A stretch of DNA of 64,000 nt from Candidatus Omnitrophota bacterium (GTDB lineage Bacteria > Omnitrophota > Gorgyraeia > 2-01-FULL-45-10): NCBI GenBank assembly GCA_903843285.1, contig CAIMPC010000016.1, forward strand, positions 1,075 through 65,074, in the 5' to 3' direction. Positions within the stretch are counted from its first letter, which is position 1, and each line of letters opens with the position of its first letter. The translations under genes and the position numbers were made by a program. Positions 9,457 to 20,282 of the stretch are shown here, piece by piece. Under the pieces are notes generated by a model. The model had not been told where the DNA came from, ran no database searches, and was given only the letters and a program-made list of their open reading frames with translations.

Positions 9457-10101
9457 CTATATTTTATAAAATTTGTTTATGGTTGATACCACTTCCTGAG
9501 GCGTGTCTACCAGGTAGAATAACCCCATCTCTTCCGGATCTATCATGCCGTGCGGTATGAGTGACGTTTTCATCCAATGCATCAGTCCCTTCCAGAAATC
9601 CCTTCCCACGAGGATTATAGGTAGAGGTTCCATGCGCTTAGTCTGAACTAATGTTATTATCTCAAAGAATTCATCCAGAGTCCCGAACCCCCCCGGAAAT
9701 GCCACCATGGCCTTCGAATACTTAGCAAACATTACCTTACGGCAGAAGAAGTACTTAAATTCGAGAGACCTGGTTACATATTTGTTAGGCTTTTGCAGTG
9801 TAGGTATTAAAATATTAAGCCCTATGGAGTCTCCGTGAGCCTTCTTAGCCCCCTTATTTGCAGCCTCCATTACTCCGGGTCCCGCCCCGGTTATTATAGC
9901 ATAACCGTTTTTCACAAGTGTGAATGTCGTCTCTTCGGCCAATTTATAATATTTATTCGTTTTAGCCGATCGCGCGGATCCGAATATCGTTACAGCGTTA
10001 TGGACGTTCGAAAGCTCCTCGAATCCGTCTACGAACTCGCTCATTATGCGGAATATCCGCCATGGATCTTCTTTTGTGAAATCACCTCTTAGCTCTGCCA
10101 T
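9457..10101 (-). CDS. LOG family (TIGR00730) nucleotide 5'-monophosphate nucleosidase-like protein
   Basis: 214 aa. PGGFGTLDEF (the PGGxGTxxE motif) and GAGPGVMEA. Confidence 0.75.
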   Translation of the reverse strand: MAELRGDFTKEDPWRIFRIMSEFVDGFEELSNVHNAVTIFGSARSAKTNKYYKLAEETTFTLVKNGYAIITGAGPGVMEAANKGAKKAHGDSIGLNILIPTLQKPNKYVTRSLEFKYFFCRKVMFAKYSKAMVAFPGGFGTLDEFFEIITLVQTKRMEPLPIILVGRDFWKGLMHWMKTSLIPHGMIDPEEMGLFYLVDTPQEVVSTINKFYKI

Positions 10102-10540
10102 AAAACTCCTTATTTATTATGTGCTCCCTTTTAAATCCGTTGATAATTCTGTAGGTAAGGAAATATCCGGGCTTCTTTATAGGATTAGTAACTTGGTCTA
10201 TGATCAGATGCTGGGTTAGACCGATCGCAAAAGCCTTCCATATGTTCGACAATGAAAACAGGCATATCAGCACCCATAGCAATGCGATCAATTCATACGA
10301 GTGCAAAATAATATATACCTTTTTAAGCTTAATATCTACGCAAGCGTAATACATGGTTTTAATTTTAAAGGTGAAACCATGGTTTGCATAATAATCTATT
10401 ATGTGGTCAGAGTCGATCAGGATGCCTGAGAGAAACGAAACAACAGCACATCCGAAAGATTTAAAAAATACCCAAACTAGCGCACTTATAAAACCGGAGG
10501 CTATCACATGGCCGAGTGGTAGCATATATTTAAGAAACAA
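10082..10540 (-). CDS. Small membrane protein, possibly DUF457-like membrane-bound metal-dependent hydrolase
   Basis: 152 aa with 3-4 TM helices and conserved His/Asp positions. Confidence 0.35.
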   Translation of the reverse strand: MFLKYMLPLGHVIASGFISALVWVFFKSFGCAVVSFLSGILIDSDHIIDYYANHGFTFKIKTMYYACVDIKLKKVYIILHSYELIALLWVLICLFSLSNIWKAFAIGLTQHLIIDQVTNPIKKPGYFLTYRIINGFKREHIINKEFYGRAKR

Positions 10541-10545
10541 CCTTT

Positions 10546-11787
10546 CTACAAGCTCAGTATTGAATCGAAGGTGCCATGCTGGTTCTGTTCACGCTCTTTA
10601 TTTATCGAATCAACTACCCACTCACCATCGACTATAAATTTATATTTATATCTTCCATGATCCAGTCCCAAAACCTTCTCCCATCTTCCGTTCTCAAGCC
10701 TCGATAGGCGGCACTCCTTACTAGGCTTCCAACTGTTAAAATCACCTACTATATATACATCTCTTGCCTCTGGAGCTTCTATGTTAAATATAAATTCTAT
10801 ACCAAATGGTTTTTTAATAGGTTCTTCTGTCATTATACTAACGGATTCCGATTGTGATCCGGAGATTTCGGGGATTCCTATTGAAAAATCGGAAGCTGTA
10901 AGGGTTGTCTCTATAGCCTCAAAAGCATTTGGGCGGAAACCTGATGCCGGAAGGATGGTTTCCGCGGGAACCGCGGGGGCTGTCTCGGAATTAAATACCT
11001 TCTCAAATTCTGAGGTATCATCAGCCTTTAGCAGCTCCTGAGACAGGGCTATATAATCTTTCGCACCTATAGAATCCTTATTATAGTGGGTGACGCATAC
11101 ACCCTTAGCCGCAGCTTTTTTAAGGTCGACATTCATTCTTATAGTCGTTGTCAATAGCTGATCCTTAAAAAATGCATGTATTTCATCATACATATATTGG
11201 GAATATTTAGTTCTTTTGTCATACAAAGTGGCGAGAGCATTTACCTGTGGTGCGTGAAAAATCTTTATCTTTATGAGTTCGAGCATTCCTAATAATTTTC
11301 CTACTCCCATGAGAGAGAATGCGCTCATGTCGATCGGAACTATGACCTGGTCTGATGCGCGTAAGGCGTTGAATGTCAGGAATCCGAGGTTTGGCGGACA
11401 ATCTATGATTACGTAGTCATAGACGATTCGACTCATGTCCAAGGCAAGGTGTAGCTTCGAAATAGCATCCTCCTTGTCCTTAAGCTCCTGTTCTATAGTG
11501 CTGAGCAATATATTTGAAGGGATGATATCGAGGTTTACCATGACGCTTACTATGCATTGATTAATGGGTCGGTTTTTATCCGGGTCATCAGTTAAAACAT
11601 TATATATTGACCCGTCCATACTGATATTCGATCTGTTCAGCCCGAAGCTGGCATGTGCCTGCGGATCGAGGTCAATCACCAGTGTCTTTTTACCCGCCTC
11701 AGCCAGAGCTCCGGCAAGATTTATGGCAGTGGTGGTTTTACCGCATCCACCCTTCTGATTTGTTATAGCTATCTTTTTCATTAGCAA
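10546..11787 (-). CDS. ParA/MinD-type P-loop ATPase fused to a C-terminal AMPK-beta/CBM48 glycogen-binding domain
   Basis: The N-terminus has the deviant Walker A KGGCGKTT of ParA. A roughly 60-aa low-complexity linker follows. The C-terminal 85 aa (VYIVGDFNSW...GRYKYKFIVDGEWVVD...QHGTFDSIL) closely matches the AMPK beta glycogen-binding module. Confidence 0.75.
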   Translation of the reverse strand: MLMKKIAITNQKGGCGKTTTAINLAGALAEAGKKTLVIDLDPQAHASFGLNRSNISMDGSIYNVLTDDPDKNRPINQCIVSVMVNLDIIPSNILLSTIEQELKDKEDAISKLHLALDMSRIVYDYVIIDCPPNLGFLTFNALRASDQVIVPIDMSAFSLMGVGKLLGMLELIKIKIFHAPQVNALATLYDKRTKYSQYMYDEIHAFFKDQLLTTTIRMNVDLKKAAAKGVCVTHYNKDSIGAKDYIALSQELLKADDTSEFEKVFNSETAPAVPAETILPASGFRPNAFEAIETTLTASDFSIGIPEISGSQSESVSIMTEEPIKKPFGIEFIFNIEAPEARDVYIVGDFNSWKPSKECRLSRLENGRWEKVLGLDHGRYKYKFIVDGEWVVDSINKEREQNQHGTFDSILSL

Positions 11788-11827
11788 CCACTCCTTATTT
11801 ATGAGACGGTTTGAATAAAAAGACGCT

Positions 11828-12622
11828 CTACAAGTGCCTTCTGGCGTAACTTACACCATTTTCGAATATAGCGAATCCGTCGCCGGTAGACTCCTTTTTA
11901 TACCTTCGGGTCCAGTTTGGGTGTTGATAATAGCTGATATGTCTTTCCGGGTGAGGCATAAGACCGAAGATACGGCCTGTAAGATCGCAGATTCCGGCTA
12001 TATTTTCTATGGATCCGCTGGGACAATGCGGATAGCCGGCCTTGTTCCCTTTTTGGTCCACATACTCAAAGACCACCAGTTTTTTTTCTTTCATTATATT
12101 TAAAATATTCTTATCTTTCGGAATAAACTTACCTTCGCCATGTGCGACAGGCAATTCTATTATCTTTTTAATATCTTTAGTCCATATACATCCGGATTCG
12201 ACATTCTTTAGATACACCCAGCGATCCTCAAACTTATCAGAATCGTTAAGAGTTAAGGTCGATTCTACAGTCTGGCCATCGCCTTTAAGATTAGGCAATA
12301 GACCCGCTTTTACCAGAACCTGAAAACCGTTACATATTCCTATGATGAGTTTACCATCTTTTATGAATTTGTGAATAGCTCCCGCAATTTTATACTTCAA
12401 TTCATTGGCCAGTATCTTGCCGCTGGCAATATCATCGCCGTAAGTAAAACCACCCGGAATCGCCATTATATGGTAATTATCCAGGTTCTTCTCTTTTCGA
12501 GTCAGCTCATTAATATGGACAAATTCGGGCTTTGCCCCTGCCTTCTCGAAAGCAAATGCCGTCTCCCTATCGCAGTTTGTCCCCGCCGTTCTTATGACTA
12601 TTACCTTGACGTTAGCCATCAC
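11828..12622 (-). CDS. purQ: Phosphoribosylformylglycinamidine synthase subunit PurQ (glutaminase)
   Basis: 264 aa class-I glutamine amidotransferase. Catalytic GICNGFQ, with H and E near the C-terminus. Confidence 0.85.
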   Translation of the reverse strand: MMANVKVIVIRTAGTNCDRETAFAFEKAGAKPEFVHINELTRKEKNLDNYHIMAIPGGFTYGDDIASGKILANELKYKIAGAIHKFIKDGKLIIGICNGFQVLVKAGLLPNLKGDGQTVESTLTLNDSDKFEDRWVYLKNVESGCIWTKDIKKIIELPVAHGEGKFIPKDKNILNIMKEKKLVVFEYVDQKGNKAGYPHCPSGSIENIAGICDLTGRIFGLMPHPERHISYYQHPNWTRRYKKESTGDGFAIFENGVSYARRHL

Positions 12623-15477
12623 ATATCCTTAAACGGCTGCTGCCATGCGGCCTTGAGTTCGTCCGTATCCGATTTAATAATAGCCTTACCTGTGAAGTCA
12701 TATATAATAAAAGTATTATCCTTTCGTACTTCGCCCAGCTTCCATACACTATGACCCTTCATTGCCTTAGTAAATTTATCGTCATCCGAGACCTCTACGA
12801 TAAATCTGGTATTGGACTCTGAAAATAATTGAACATCATTTAGAAGCAGTTCCTGTCCTACCGGCATGGCATATGGATCGAGGCGTATATTCATACCGAG
12901 TCCGCCCGCAAAGGACATCTCAGCCAGCGCCACCGCCATACCGCCGTCAGAACAATCATGGCATGAGACCACAAGCCTTCTATTTATTGCCGCGAATAGA
13001 GAGTTCATTAGCTTCCTGCCGTTTACAGGATCAACCCTGGGAACATCGTTACCGATACCTCCGAGGATCTTGTAATATTGAGAACCACCCAGCTCATTAA
13101 ATGTAAGGCCGACTATGTAGACAGAATTGCCGGGGACCTTAGCATCCATGGTTATGGCCTTCGATGTGTCATCCATAATGGATATGGCCGATATTAGAAG
13201 CGTTGGAGGTATCGAGATGGTATCTTTACCGGTAGAGTATTCATTGTTCAGGCTGTCCTTGCCTGAAATAAAAGGAACGCCATAGGCCTTCGCAATATCG
13301 TAACAAGCGTAAGATGCCCTCACCAGTCCGCCTAATCTGTCAGGCTTATTGGTATTGCCCCAGCAGAAATTATCCAATATAGCGGTCTTATTAATGTCTC
13401 CTCCGACTGAGACTATCTGTCTTAGCGCTTCATCTATGGCGCTGGCCGCCATCCAATAAGGATCTATTTTTCCAAAGTCGGGATTTATACCACAGCCTAA
13501 TATTATACCCTTCTTAGAGCCGAAGACAGGCCTGGTCACGCATGCGTCGCCGGGTCCCTGATTAGGACCCTGGAGAGGCTTCAGGACGCTTCCGCCCTGA
13601 ACTTCGTGGTCATACTGTCGAATTATCCATTCTTTACTGGCTATATTCAGGCTCGAGAGCAGGTTACACAGATCCGGGGACAGATCATTTTTTATATTAC
13701 GCGGAGGATCTTTAAAATCAGGTTTATTCCATACGGCTTTACGCTTGACGGGAGGCAGGCCGTCGTGCAGAAACTTCATATCTATATCCGCCACCTGAGT
13801 TCCATCGTAGAATAGCTTAAGTTTTTTTGTGTTGGTAAACGTGCCGATAACGGTGGCTTCGACATCCTCACGCTCAAATACGGCTTTGAGTTTATCGATC
13901 TTCTTAGGATCTACCGATAATACCATTCTCTCCTGAGCCTCCGATATCCATACCTCGGTGTAGCTAAGCCCCTTATACTTAACAGGAATTGTCTCCAGAT
14001 AGACTTCAGCGCCCATATTTTCGGCCATCTCACCTACAGCGCTTGAGAGTCCTCCTGCGCCGCAGTCGGTTATGGATGTGTAGAGAGCCAGGTCTCTCGC
14101 CTGAATAACGGTGTCGGAGACTTTCTTTTCCTGAATGGGATTGCCTATCTGGACCGCAGAGCCGGATACGTTCTCCGATTCATACGTAAGCTCACCGGAT
14201 GAGAAAGTAGCGCCATGAATTCCATCACGCCCTGTTCGGCCGCCTACTACAACTATAAGGTCTCCCGGTCGAACAGCTTTGGCGCACTTATTTTTAGGCA
14301 TTATTCCGACGTTACCGCAGAATACCAGAGGATTACCTACGAAATTTTCATCAAACAGGACTGCGCCGTTAGAAGTGGGTATACCCATCCTATTACCATA
14401 ATCTCTCACTCCCGATACGACGCCTTTCATTATCCTCTTAGGATGCAATGTTCCCTTAGGTAATTTATTGTACGGATAGTCAGGGTACCCGAAACAGAAG
14501 ACATTAGTATTGATTATAGGTTTGGCTCCCAGTCCGGTGCCGAGGGGATCGCGTATGACACCACCCATGCCGGTGCCGGCTCCTCCGTAAGGCTCGAGGG
14601 CGGATGGATGGTTATGCGTTTCGACTTTAAAGCATATATTATTCTTCTCATCAAACCTGATCACGCCTGAATTGTCCTTAAAAACAGAAACGCACCATGA
14701 CTTATTAAGTTCATCGGTAACCTTCATTACAGTATTTTTTAGCAAATTATCTATTATTTTGCCTTCATATTCGATCAGGCCCCTGAATGTCTTATGCTTA
14801 CAGTGTTCGCTCCACGTCTGGGCTATCGTCTCGAGCTCGCAATCGGTAGGGTTCCTGCGGAGCCTTTTAAAGTAGTTTTTTATCGTTCGCATTTCGTCGA
14901 GGCTTAAAAATAGCTGGCCTTCTTTCGACAGTTTCTTAAGTTTAACGTCGCTGGCTTTTAATATATCGATGTGCTTTAATGTGAAATGATATGGTGAGCC
15001 TTCAGGCTGGATGGTGGATTTACCCTTAACCGCGTGCTGGATAACTTTATTATAAAGGATCTTCTCGGCTATCTGATGGATTTGGCTGTAGGATATATTG
15101 CCCTTTATCAGATATTTTTTCGCGGTCTTCAATGCACGTGCGCCGCAGACGCCAAGATCTTTTATAGCTTTCTTAGCGCTCTCCTCTACGGGATCCATTA
15201 CGCCGGCATTATATGCGACCTCAACGCACTTATATAGTTTTTCATTCAGGACGCTGCCGCGATAATTATACTTTTGAGTGATCGGATCGACCAGAAGATT
15301 CTCGCAAATTTTCTTTATGTTATATTCGTCTATATCGCCGTCGAGCAAATAGACCTGGACGGTTCTGACTTCCTTAATCTTCCCACCGAACCCTAGGCTA
15401 TCGATATCGTGCTTTACGTTTGCGCCAAGGGCATCATAAAAACCATCTTTTTCAACTACTTCAACTCGCCAGATCAT
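12619..15477 (-). CDS. purL: Fused PurS-PurL FGAM synthase
   Basis: 952 aa. Residues 1-80 form a PurS-like domain, followed by a roughly 110-aa linker and a full small-type PurL with the SEHCKHKTF motif and AIR-synthase-related folds. It overlaps purQ by 4 nt. Confidence 0.85.
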   Translation of the reverse strand: MIWRVEVVEKDGFYDALGANVKHDIDSLGFGGKIKEVRTVQVYLLDGDIDEYNIKKICENLLVDPITQKYNYRGSVLNEKLYKCVEVAYNAGVMDPVEESAKKAIKDLGVCGARALKTAKKYLIKGNISYSQIHQIAEKILYNKVIQHAVKGKSTIQPEGSPYHFTLKHIDILKASDVKLKKLSKEGQLFLSLDEMRTIKNYFKRLRRNPTDCELETIAQTWSEHCKHKTFRGLIEYEGKIIDNLLKNTVMKVTDELNKSWCVSVFKDNSGVIRFDEKNNICFKVETHNHPSALEPYGGAGTGMGGVIRDPLGTGLGAKPIINTNVFCFGYPDYPYNKLPKGTLHPKRIMKGVVSGVRDYGNRMGIPTSNGAVLFDENFVGNPLVFCGNVGIMPKNKCAKAVRPGDLIVVVGGRTGRDGIHGATFSSGELTYESENVSGSAVQIGNPIQEKKVSDTVIQARDLALYTSITDCGAGGLSSAVGEMAENMGAEVYLETIPVKYKGLSYTEVWISEAQERMVLSVDPKKIDKLKAVFEREDVEATVIGTFTNTKKLKLFYDGTQVADIDMKFLHDGLPPVKRKAVWNKPDFKDPPRNIKNDLSPDLCNLLSSLNIASKEWIIRQYDHEVQGGSVLKPLQGPNQGPGDACVTRPVFGSKKGIILGCGINPDFGKIDPYWMAASAIDEALRQIVSVGGDINKTAILDNFCWGNTNKPDRLGGLVRASYACYDIAKAYGVPFISGKDSLNNEYSTGKDTISIPPTLLISAISIMDDTSKAITMDAKVPGNSVYIVGLTFNELGGSQYYKILGGIGNDVPRVDPVNGRKLMNSLFAAINRRLVVSCHDCSDGGMAVALAEMSFAGGLGMNIRLDPYAMPVGQELLLNDVQLFSESNTRFIVEVSDDDKFTKAMKGHSVWKLGEVRKDNTFIIYDFTGKAIIKSDTDELKAAWQQPFKDM

Positions 15478-17019
15478 TTACTCCCACTCTATGGTTGATG
15501 GCGGCTTAGAGCTTATGTCGTAAGCCACCCTGTTAACACCTTTAACCTCGTTAATAATTCTATTTGAAATTTTAGCGAGCACATCATAGGGTATCCATGC
15601 CCAGTCGGCGGTCATACCGTCCACAGATGTCACGGCTCTTATCGCAGCGACGTTTTCGTAAGTACGTTCATCACCCATAACACCTACGGATTTTATCGGA
15701 AGTAGTACGGCGAATGCCTGCCAAATCTTATCGTAAAGGTTTTCGCGTTTCAGCGTATTTATAAATCTATCGTCTACCTCACGCAGTATATCGCAGCGTT
15801 CTTTGGTTACGTCGCCAAGAATTCTTACTGCAAGGCCCGGGCCCGGAAACGGATGGCGGCCAAGGACCTCCTGGGGCATCTTCAGCTCCCTACCCACCTT
15901 CCTTACCTCATCTTTAAATAGATATTTTAAAGGCTCAATCAGTTTAAGCTTCATCTTTTTAGGCAGGCCGCCGACGTTATGATGTGTCTTAATAGTAGCG
16001 CTTGGACCGCCAAATGCCGACTTGGACTCTATTAAATCCGGATATAGTGTTCCCTGGGCGAGATATTTTACATTGCCGATAGACTTTGCCTCTCGGTCAA
16101 ATACTTTAATGAACGTTCTTCCTATTATCTTTCTCTTTTTCTCAGGCTCTGTCACTCCGCGCAGATTTGTCAGGAATTCTTCGGAAGCGTCAACACAGCG
16201 CAGGTTCAATTTAAAATGCTTCCGGAATATCTCTTTTACGAGGACAGCCTCATCTTTACGTAATAAGCCGTTATCTACAAATATGCAAACGAGCTTATGG
16301 CCGATCGCTTTATTTATCAGTATTGCGGCTACCGAGGAATCCACTCCTCCCGATAGCCCGAGAATGACTTTGTCGTGTCCGACCGTACTGCGTATATCCG
16401 AAACAGTCTCTGTGATGAAGGATTTCATCGACCAGTCGGCGCGGCAACGGCATATCAATTTTACAAAGTTTTTTATTAGCGTCTTACCTGCCTGCGTATG
16501 CTCGACCTCGGGATGGAATTGGACGCCGAAGAAGTTGCGATTGAAATCTGCGAAGGCCGCAATAGAAGTATTGGCACTCTTTGCGATACGAATAAAACCT
16601 TTGGGCATCCGTCTCACTTTATCACCATGACTCATCCACGATATGCTGGTCTTAGGGACATCTTTAAAGAGAAGCTTATGGTTGGTTACGTTAAGACTCG
16701 CGCGGCCGTATTCTCTGCGATGTGATTTGGCGACGTCGCCGCCCAGCATTTTAGATATTAACTGCATTCCATAGCATATGCCAAGGATCGGGATGCCAAG
16801 GGAAAAGAGCCTTCTGTCGCATTGAGGAGCGCCTTTTGAATATACGCTTGCGGGGCCTCCCGAGAATATTATTCCCTTAACCTCTTTAGGATCTATCGAT
16901 TCGATAGAAAAATCGGGGGGCAGTATTTCGCAGAACACATTCAGCTCTCTCACTTTTCGGGCGATGAGCTGATTATATTGCGATCCGAAATCTATTATGA
17001 GTATCTTTTCTCTCGACAT
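15478..17019 (-). CDS. guaA: GMP synthase (glutamine-hydrolysing)
   Basis: GATase domain plus an ATP-PPase domain with SGGVDSSV, and a C-terminal dimerisation domain. The start is moved to the Met of [15 protein letters not shown], which removes the overlap with purF. Confidence 0.85.
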   Translation of the reverse strand: MSREKILIIDFGSQYNQLIARKVRELNVFCEILPPDFSIESIDPKEVKGIIFSGGPASVYSKGAPQCDRRLFSLGIPILGICYGMQLISKMLGGDVAKSHRREYGRASLNVTNHKLLFKDVPKTSISWMSHGDKVRRMPKGFIRIAKSANTSIAAFADFNRNFFGVQFHPEVEHTQAGKTLIKNFVKLICRCRADWSMKSFITETVSDIRSTVGHDKVILGLSGGVDSSVAAILINKAIGHKLVCIFVDNGLLRKDEAVLVKEIFRKHFKLNLRCVDASEEFLTNLRGVTEPEKKRKIIGRTFIKVFDREAKSIGNVKYLAQGTLYPDLIESKSAFGGPSATIKTHHNVGGLPKKMKLKLIEPLKYLFKDEVRKVGRELKMPQEVLGRHPFPGPGLAVRILGDVTKERCDILREVDDRFINTLKRENLYDKIWQAFAVLLPIKSVGVMGDERTYENVAAIRAVTSVDGMTADWAWIPYDVLAKISNRIINEVKGVNRVAYDISSKPPSTIEWE

Positions 17020-17020
17020 T

Positions 17021-18427
17021 TTATGCTTTCTTAATCCCCATACAGCGGGTTTTCTCAAGTGCTTTCTTCGAAGGAGGCTTGCATATAGATGTCGGATATT
17101 TTCCGGTAAAGCAGGCCGTGCAAAATTCCTCCTTAGGAAGCAGCATAGAGTTTAGCATACCGTCTAAACTCAGAAACTTTAAACTATCTACGCCGATGAA
17201 TTCCCTCATCTCTTCGACAGAATGGCTCGAGGCTATCAGCTCTTTCTTAGTCGGGAAATCTATGCCGTAAAAGCAGGGTGAGATGAGCGGTGGACAACTA
17301 ACTCTCATGTGGATCTCTTTCGCGCCTGCTGCGCGAAGCGCCCTGACCCTTCCCCGCGACGTAGTGCCCCGGACTATTGAATCCTCCACAATGATTATTC
17401 TCTTACCTTTCAGCGCATCTCTGACAGGGTTTAATTTAACCTTTACTTTAAAGTCTCTTATGAATTGACTTGGCTGAATGAATGTCCGACCGATATAGTG
17501 ATTTCTGACGAAAGCTATTTCCAGCGGTAGCTTTGACTCCTCTGCGAATCCGAGAGCCGCGCATGTGCCTGAATCAGGAATCGGCATTACCATGTCAGCG
17601 TCCGCCGGATGCTCTTTAGCGAGGGTATGTCCCAGGTTCTTCCTGGCCAGATATACACTCTGGGTGAATATATTGGAGTCAGGGCGGGAAAAATATATAT
17701 ACTCAAAGATGCAGAACGCGTGAGGCTTAGGCTCTGCGAGCTTCTGCGACCTCAGGCCATTTTTATCGATTATTACGATCTCCCCCGGCTCAACATCTCT
17801 GATATAGGTTGCTTCCAGCATATCCAGAGCGCACGTCTCGCTCGCCACTATATATGCGTCTCCAAGCTTTCCTATGCAGAGCGGCCTGAATCCATGGGGA
17901 TCGCGCATCGCATATATAGCATCGTTTATCATTATGACGAATGAGAATGCGCCTTCGAGACGGCTCATTATCGGTAAAAGTTTACCGGAATAATTATTTT
18001 GATGGTCTTTGACCAGGAAATGCAAAATCAATTCAGAGTCCATGGTCGTCTGCAGGATCGAGCCCGAATCTTCCAGCTCGTTTCTTAATTGAACTGAATT
18101 TGTAAGATTGCCGTTATGGGCTACGGCTATAAAGCCCTTTTTATGATTAATGAGGAGCGGCTGGACATTCTTTGCCGTCGAGGATCCGGTAGTGGAATAC
18201 CTGACATGGCCTATCGCAAGAGATCCTTTCAGCTTCTTCAAATTCTCCTCCTTAAATACGTTTCCGACCAGTCCCTGTCCTTTATGCTGAAATATCTTCT
18301 TTCCGTCGAAACTTACTATGCCGGTAGATTCTTCACCTCTATGCTGCAATGCATATAACGCCAGATATACCAGACCTGCCGCATTCTTATGACCGTAAAT
18401 CCCTACTACACCGCAATATTCTTTCAT
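17021..18427 (-). CDS. purF: Amidophosphoribosyltransferase
   Basis: 468 aa. The N-terminal [12 protein letters not shown] has the Ntn Cys after Met, followed by a PRTase domain and a C-terminal Cys cluster. Confidence 0.9.
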   Translation of the reverse strand: MKEYCGVVGIYGHKNAAGLVYLALYALQHRGEESTGIVSFDGKKIFQHKGQGLVGNVFKEENLKKLKGSLAIGHVRYSTTGSSTAKNVQPLLINHKKGFIAVAHNGNLTNSVQLRNELEDSGSILQTTMDSELILHFLVKDHQNNYSGKLLPIMSRLEGAFSFVIMINDAIYAMRDPHGFRPLCIGKLGDAYIVASETCALDMLEATYIRDVEPGEIVIIDKNGLRSQKLAEPKPHAFCIFEYIYFSRPDSNIFTQSVYLARKNLGHTLAKEHPADADMVMPIPDSGTCAALGFAEESKLPLEIAFVRNHYIGRTFIQPSQFIRDFKVKVKLNPVRDALKGKRIIIVEDSIVRGTTSRGRVRALRAAGAKEIHMRVSCPPLISPCFYGIDFPTKKELIASSHSVEEMREFIGVDSLKFLSLDGMLNSMLLPKEEFCTACFTGKYPTSICKPPSKKALEKTRCMGIKKA

Positions 18428-20007
18428 TATGATTTAAGCTCTCTATGGTATTCCTGCAGACTTTTAACGGAAATAACCGGTTTTTTAATCATATGCTCTA
18501 TTCCATTTACCGAAGCCTGCGCTCCGGAAATGGTCGTGATCAGTGGAATATTATACAAAGTAGCATGTGAGCGGATCTTTACTTCATCCCCTTTTGTTGC
18601 TTTACCCGAAGGCGTATTTATGATCAAATGCACCTTACGGTCTTTTATCAGATCGAGGATGTTAGGACGGGCTTCATTCAGTTTCGGCAGAACCTGTACG
18701 TCGATATCATTACTTTTAAGCGCATCCGCAGTTCCTGATGTCGCCATTATGTTGAAGCCTAAATCAGCCAATTTCTTCGCTACGAATATGGTATTGCGCT
18801 TATCTTGATTCTTAACACTGATAAAGACGTTACCTTTCGTCGGAAGCTTTTGCCCTGCCGCTATTTGACTTTTGGCGTACGCGGCACCGAACGTTGTGTC
18901 GATACCCATGACCTCACCCGTGGATTTCATTTCGGGTCCAAGTATAGCATCGACTCCCGGAAATTTTGCAAATGGAAACACGGACTCCTTCACCGCGACA
19001 CATCCAACCTTCTTCTCTTTGGTGAAACCGAGGTCTTTAAGGCTTTTACCTAACATGATCTTCGTCGCAAGCTTGGCCAGAGGTAAACCTATGGCTTTAC
19101 TTACGAACGGTATCGTCCTTGAGGCCCTGGGGTTTACTTCGAGCACGTAGACTATATTATTTTTAACCGCGTATTGTACGTTCATCAGGCCTTTGACTTT
19201 CAGTTCTATAGCCATTGCGTACGTATTTTTCCTTATAACCTCGAGGGTGTCTTTGCCGAGAGTATGAGGCGGGATGACCATCGCGCTGTCACCCGAATGT
19301 ATTCCCGCCTCTTCTATGTGCTCAAGTATGCCGCCGATTACACAAATTTCCCCATCGGCGATCGCGTCGACATCGACTTCGATAGCATCCTCGAGAAATT
19401 TATCGACCAGTATAGGGCGCTCCGGAGATGCCTCGACGGCTTTGGCCATGTAGTCGGAAAGGCTCTTCTCGTCATATACTATCTCCATAGCGCGGCCGCC
19501 CAAAACGAACGAAGGACGCACGACGACCGGATAGCCTATCCTGGTCGCAATTTCACGCGCATCATCGAAGGATGTAGCGGTGCCATTATCAGGCTGAACG
19601 AGCTTCAGTTTCTTCAGCATCTGTTGGAATAACTTCCGGTCCTCCGCGATATTTATGGATTCGGGACTGGTCCCGAGTATCTTTAGCCCGCATTCGGATA
19701 GTGAGCTTGAAATATTAAGAGGCGTCTGTCCACCGAACTGCACTATCGCACCGATAGGATTTTCGACATCAACTATATTCATCACATCCTCTACGGTCAA
19801 AGGCTCAAAATAGAGCCTGTCGGAAGTGTCATAATCTGTCGATACAGTTTCGGGATTACAGTTGACCATTATGCTCTCATAGCCCTCATCGCGAATCGCA
19901 TAAGACGCATGGCAACAACAGTAATCAAACTCGATTCCCTGCCCTATACGATTAGGGCCGCCGCCTAGTATCATTACTTTTTTGGAATCTTTTTGCAGTT
20001 GTTTCAT
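18427..20007 (-). CDS. carB: Carbamoyl-phosphate synthase large subunit, C-terminal half (second ATP-grasp plus MGS-like domain)
   Basis: 526 aa. Begins at VMILGGGPNRIGQGIEFDYCCCHAS, exactly the start of the second CarB repeat. Ends with an MGS-like allosteric domain. Confidence 0.85.
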   Translation of the reverse strand: MKQLQKDSKKVMILGGGPNRIGQGIEFDYCCCHASYAIRDEGYESIMVNCNPETVSTDYDTSDRLYFEPLTVEDVMNIVDVENPIGAIVQFGGQTPLNISSSLSECGLKILGTSPESINIAEDRKLFQQMLKKLKLVQPDNGTATSFDDAREIATRIGYPVVVRPSFVLGGRAMEIVYDEKSLSDYMAKAVEASPERPILVDKFLEDAIEVDVDAIADGEICVIGGILEHIEEAGIHSGDSAMVIPPHTLGKDTLEVIRKNTYAMAIELKVKGLMNVQYAVKNNIVYVLEVNPRASRTIPFVSKAIGLPLAKLATKIMLGKSLKDLGFTKEKKVGCVAVKESVFPFAKFPGVDAILGPEMKSTGEVMGIDTTFGAAYAKSQIAAGQKLPTKGNVFISVKNQDKRNTIFVAKKLADLGFNIMATSGTADALKSNDIDVQVLPKLNEARPNILDLIKDRKVHLIINTPSGKATKGDEVKIRSHATLYNIPLITTISGAQASVNGIEHMIKKPVISVKSLQEYHRELKS

Positions 20008-20282
20008 TTTATGACTTCGACGTTAGTTTTTAAGCTTTTCCTAAAGTCTTCATTAGCCATTTTAAAAATTTTCGGGTCTGATTCCCAATCTTTATACTGT
20101 GGATGGCCCTTGACCCATTCCTCGAAAAGCGCCCAACGAAAATTAGCCGCTGTCACATCGTTCCTGTCAAATCCGCTCACGCGTGTCTTTTTAACCGTCG
20201 AGTGAGTTAGAAGGATAAGGATAACACATGCTGCGACCATGGTTACAGCTATTACAACGACTATTTTCGAGTTCCTATTCAC
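20004..20282 (-). CDS. Small hypothetical protein with an N-terminal membrane anchor
   Basis: 92 aa with one TM helix. Its boundaries overlap carB-C (4 nt) and the upstream gene (8 nt), consistent with a real co-transcribed ORF. Confidence 0.3.
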   Translation of the reverse strand: MNRNSKIVVVIAVTMVAACVILILLTHSTVKKTRVSGFDRNDVTAANFRWALFEEWVKGHPQYKDWESDPKIFKMANEDFRKSLKTNVEVIK

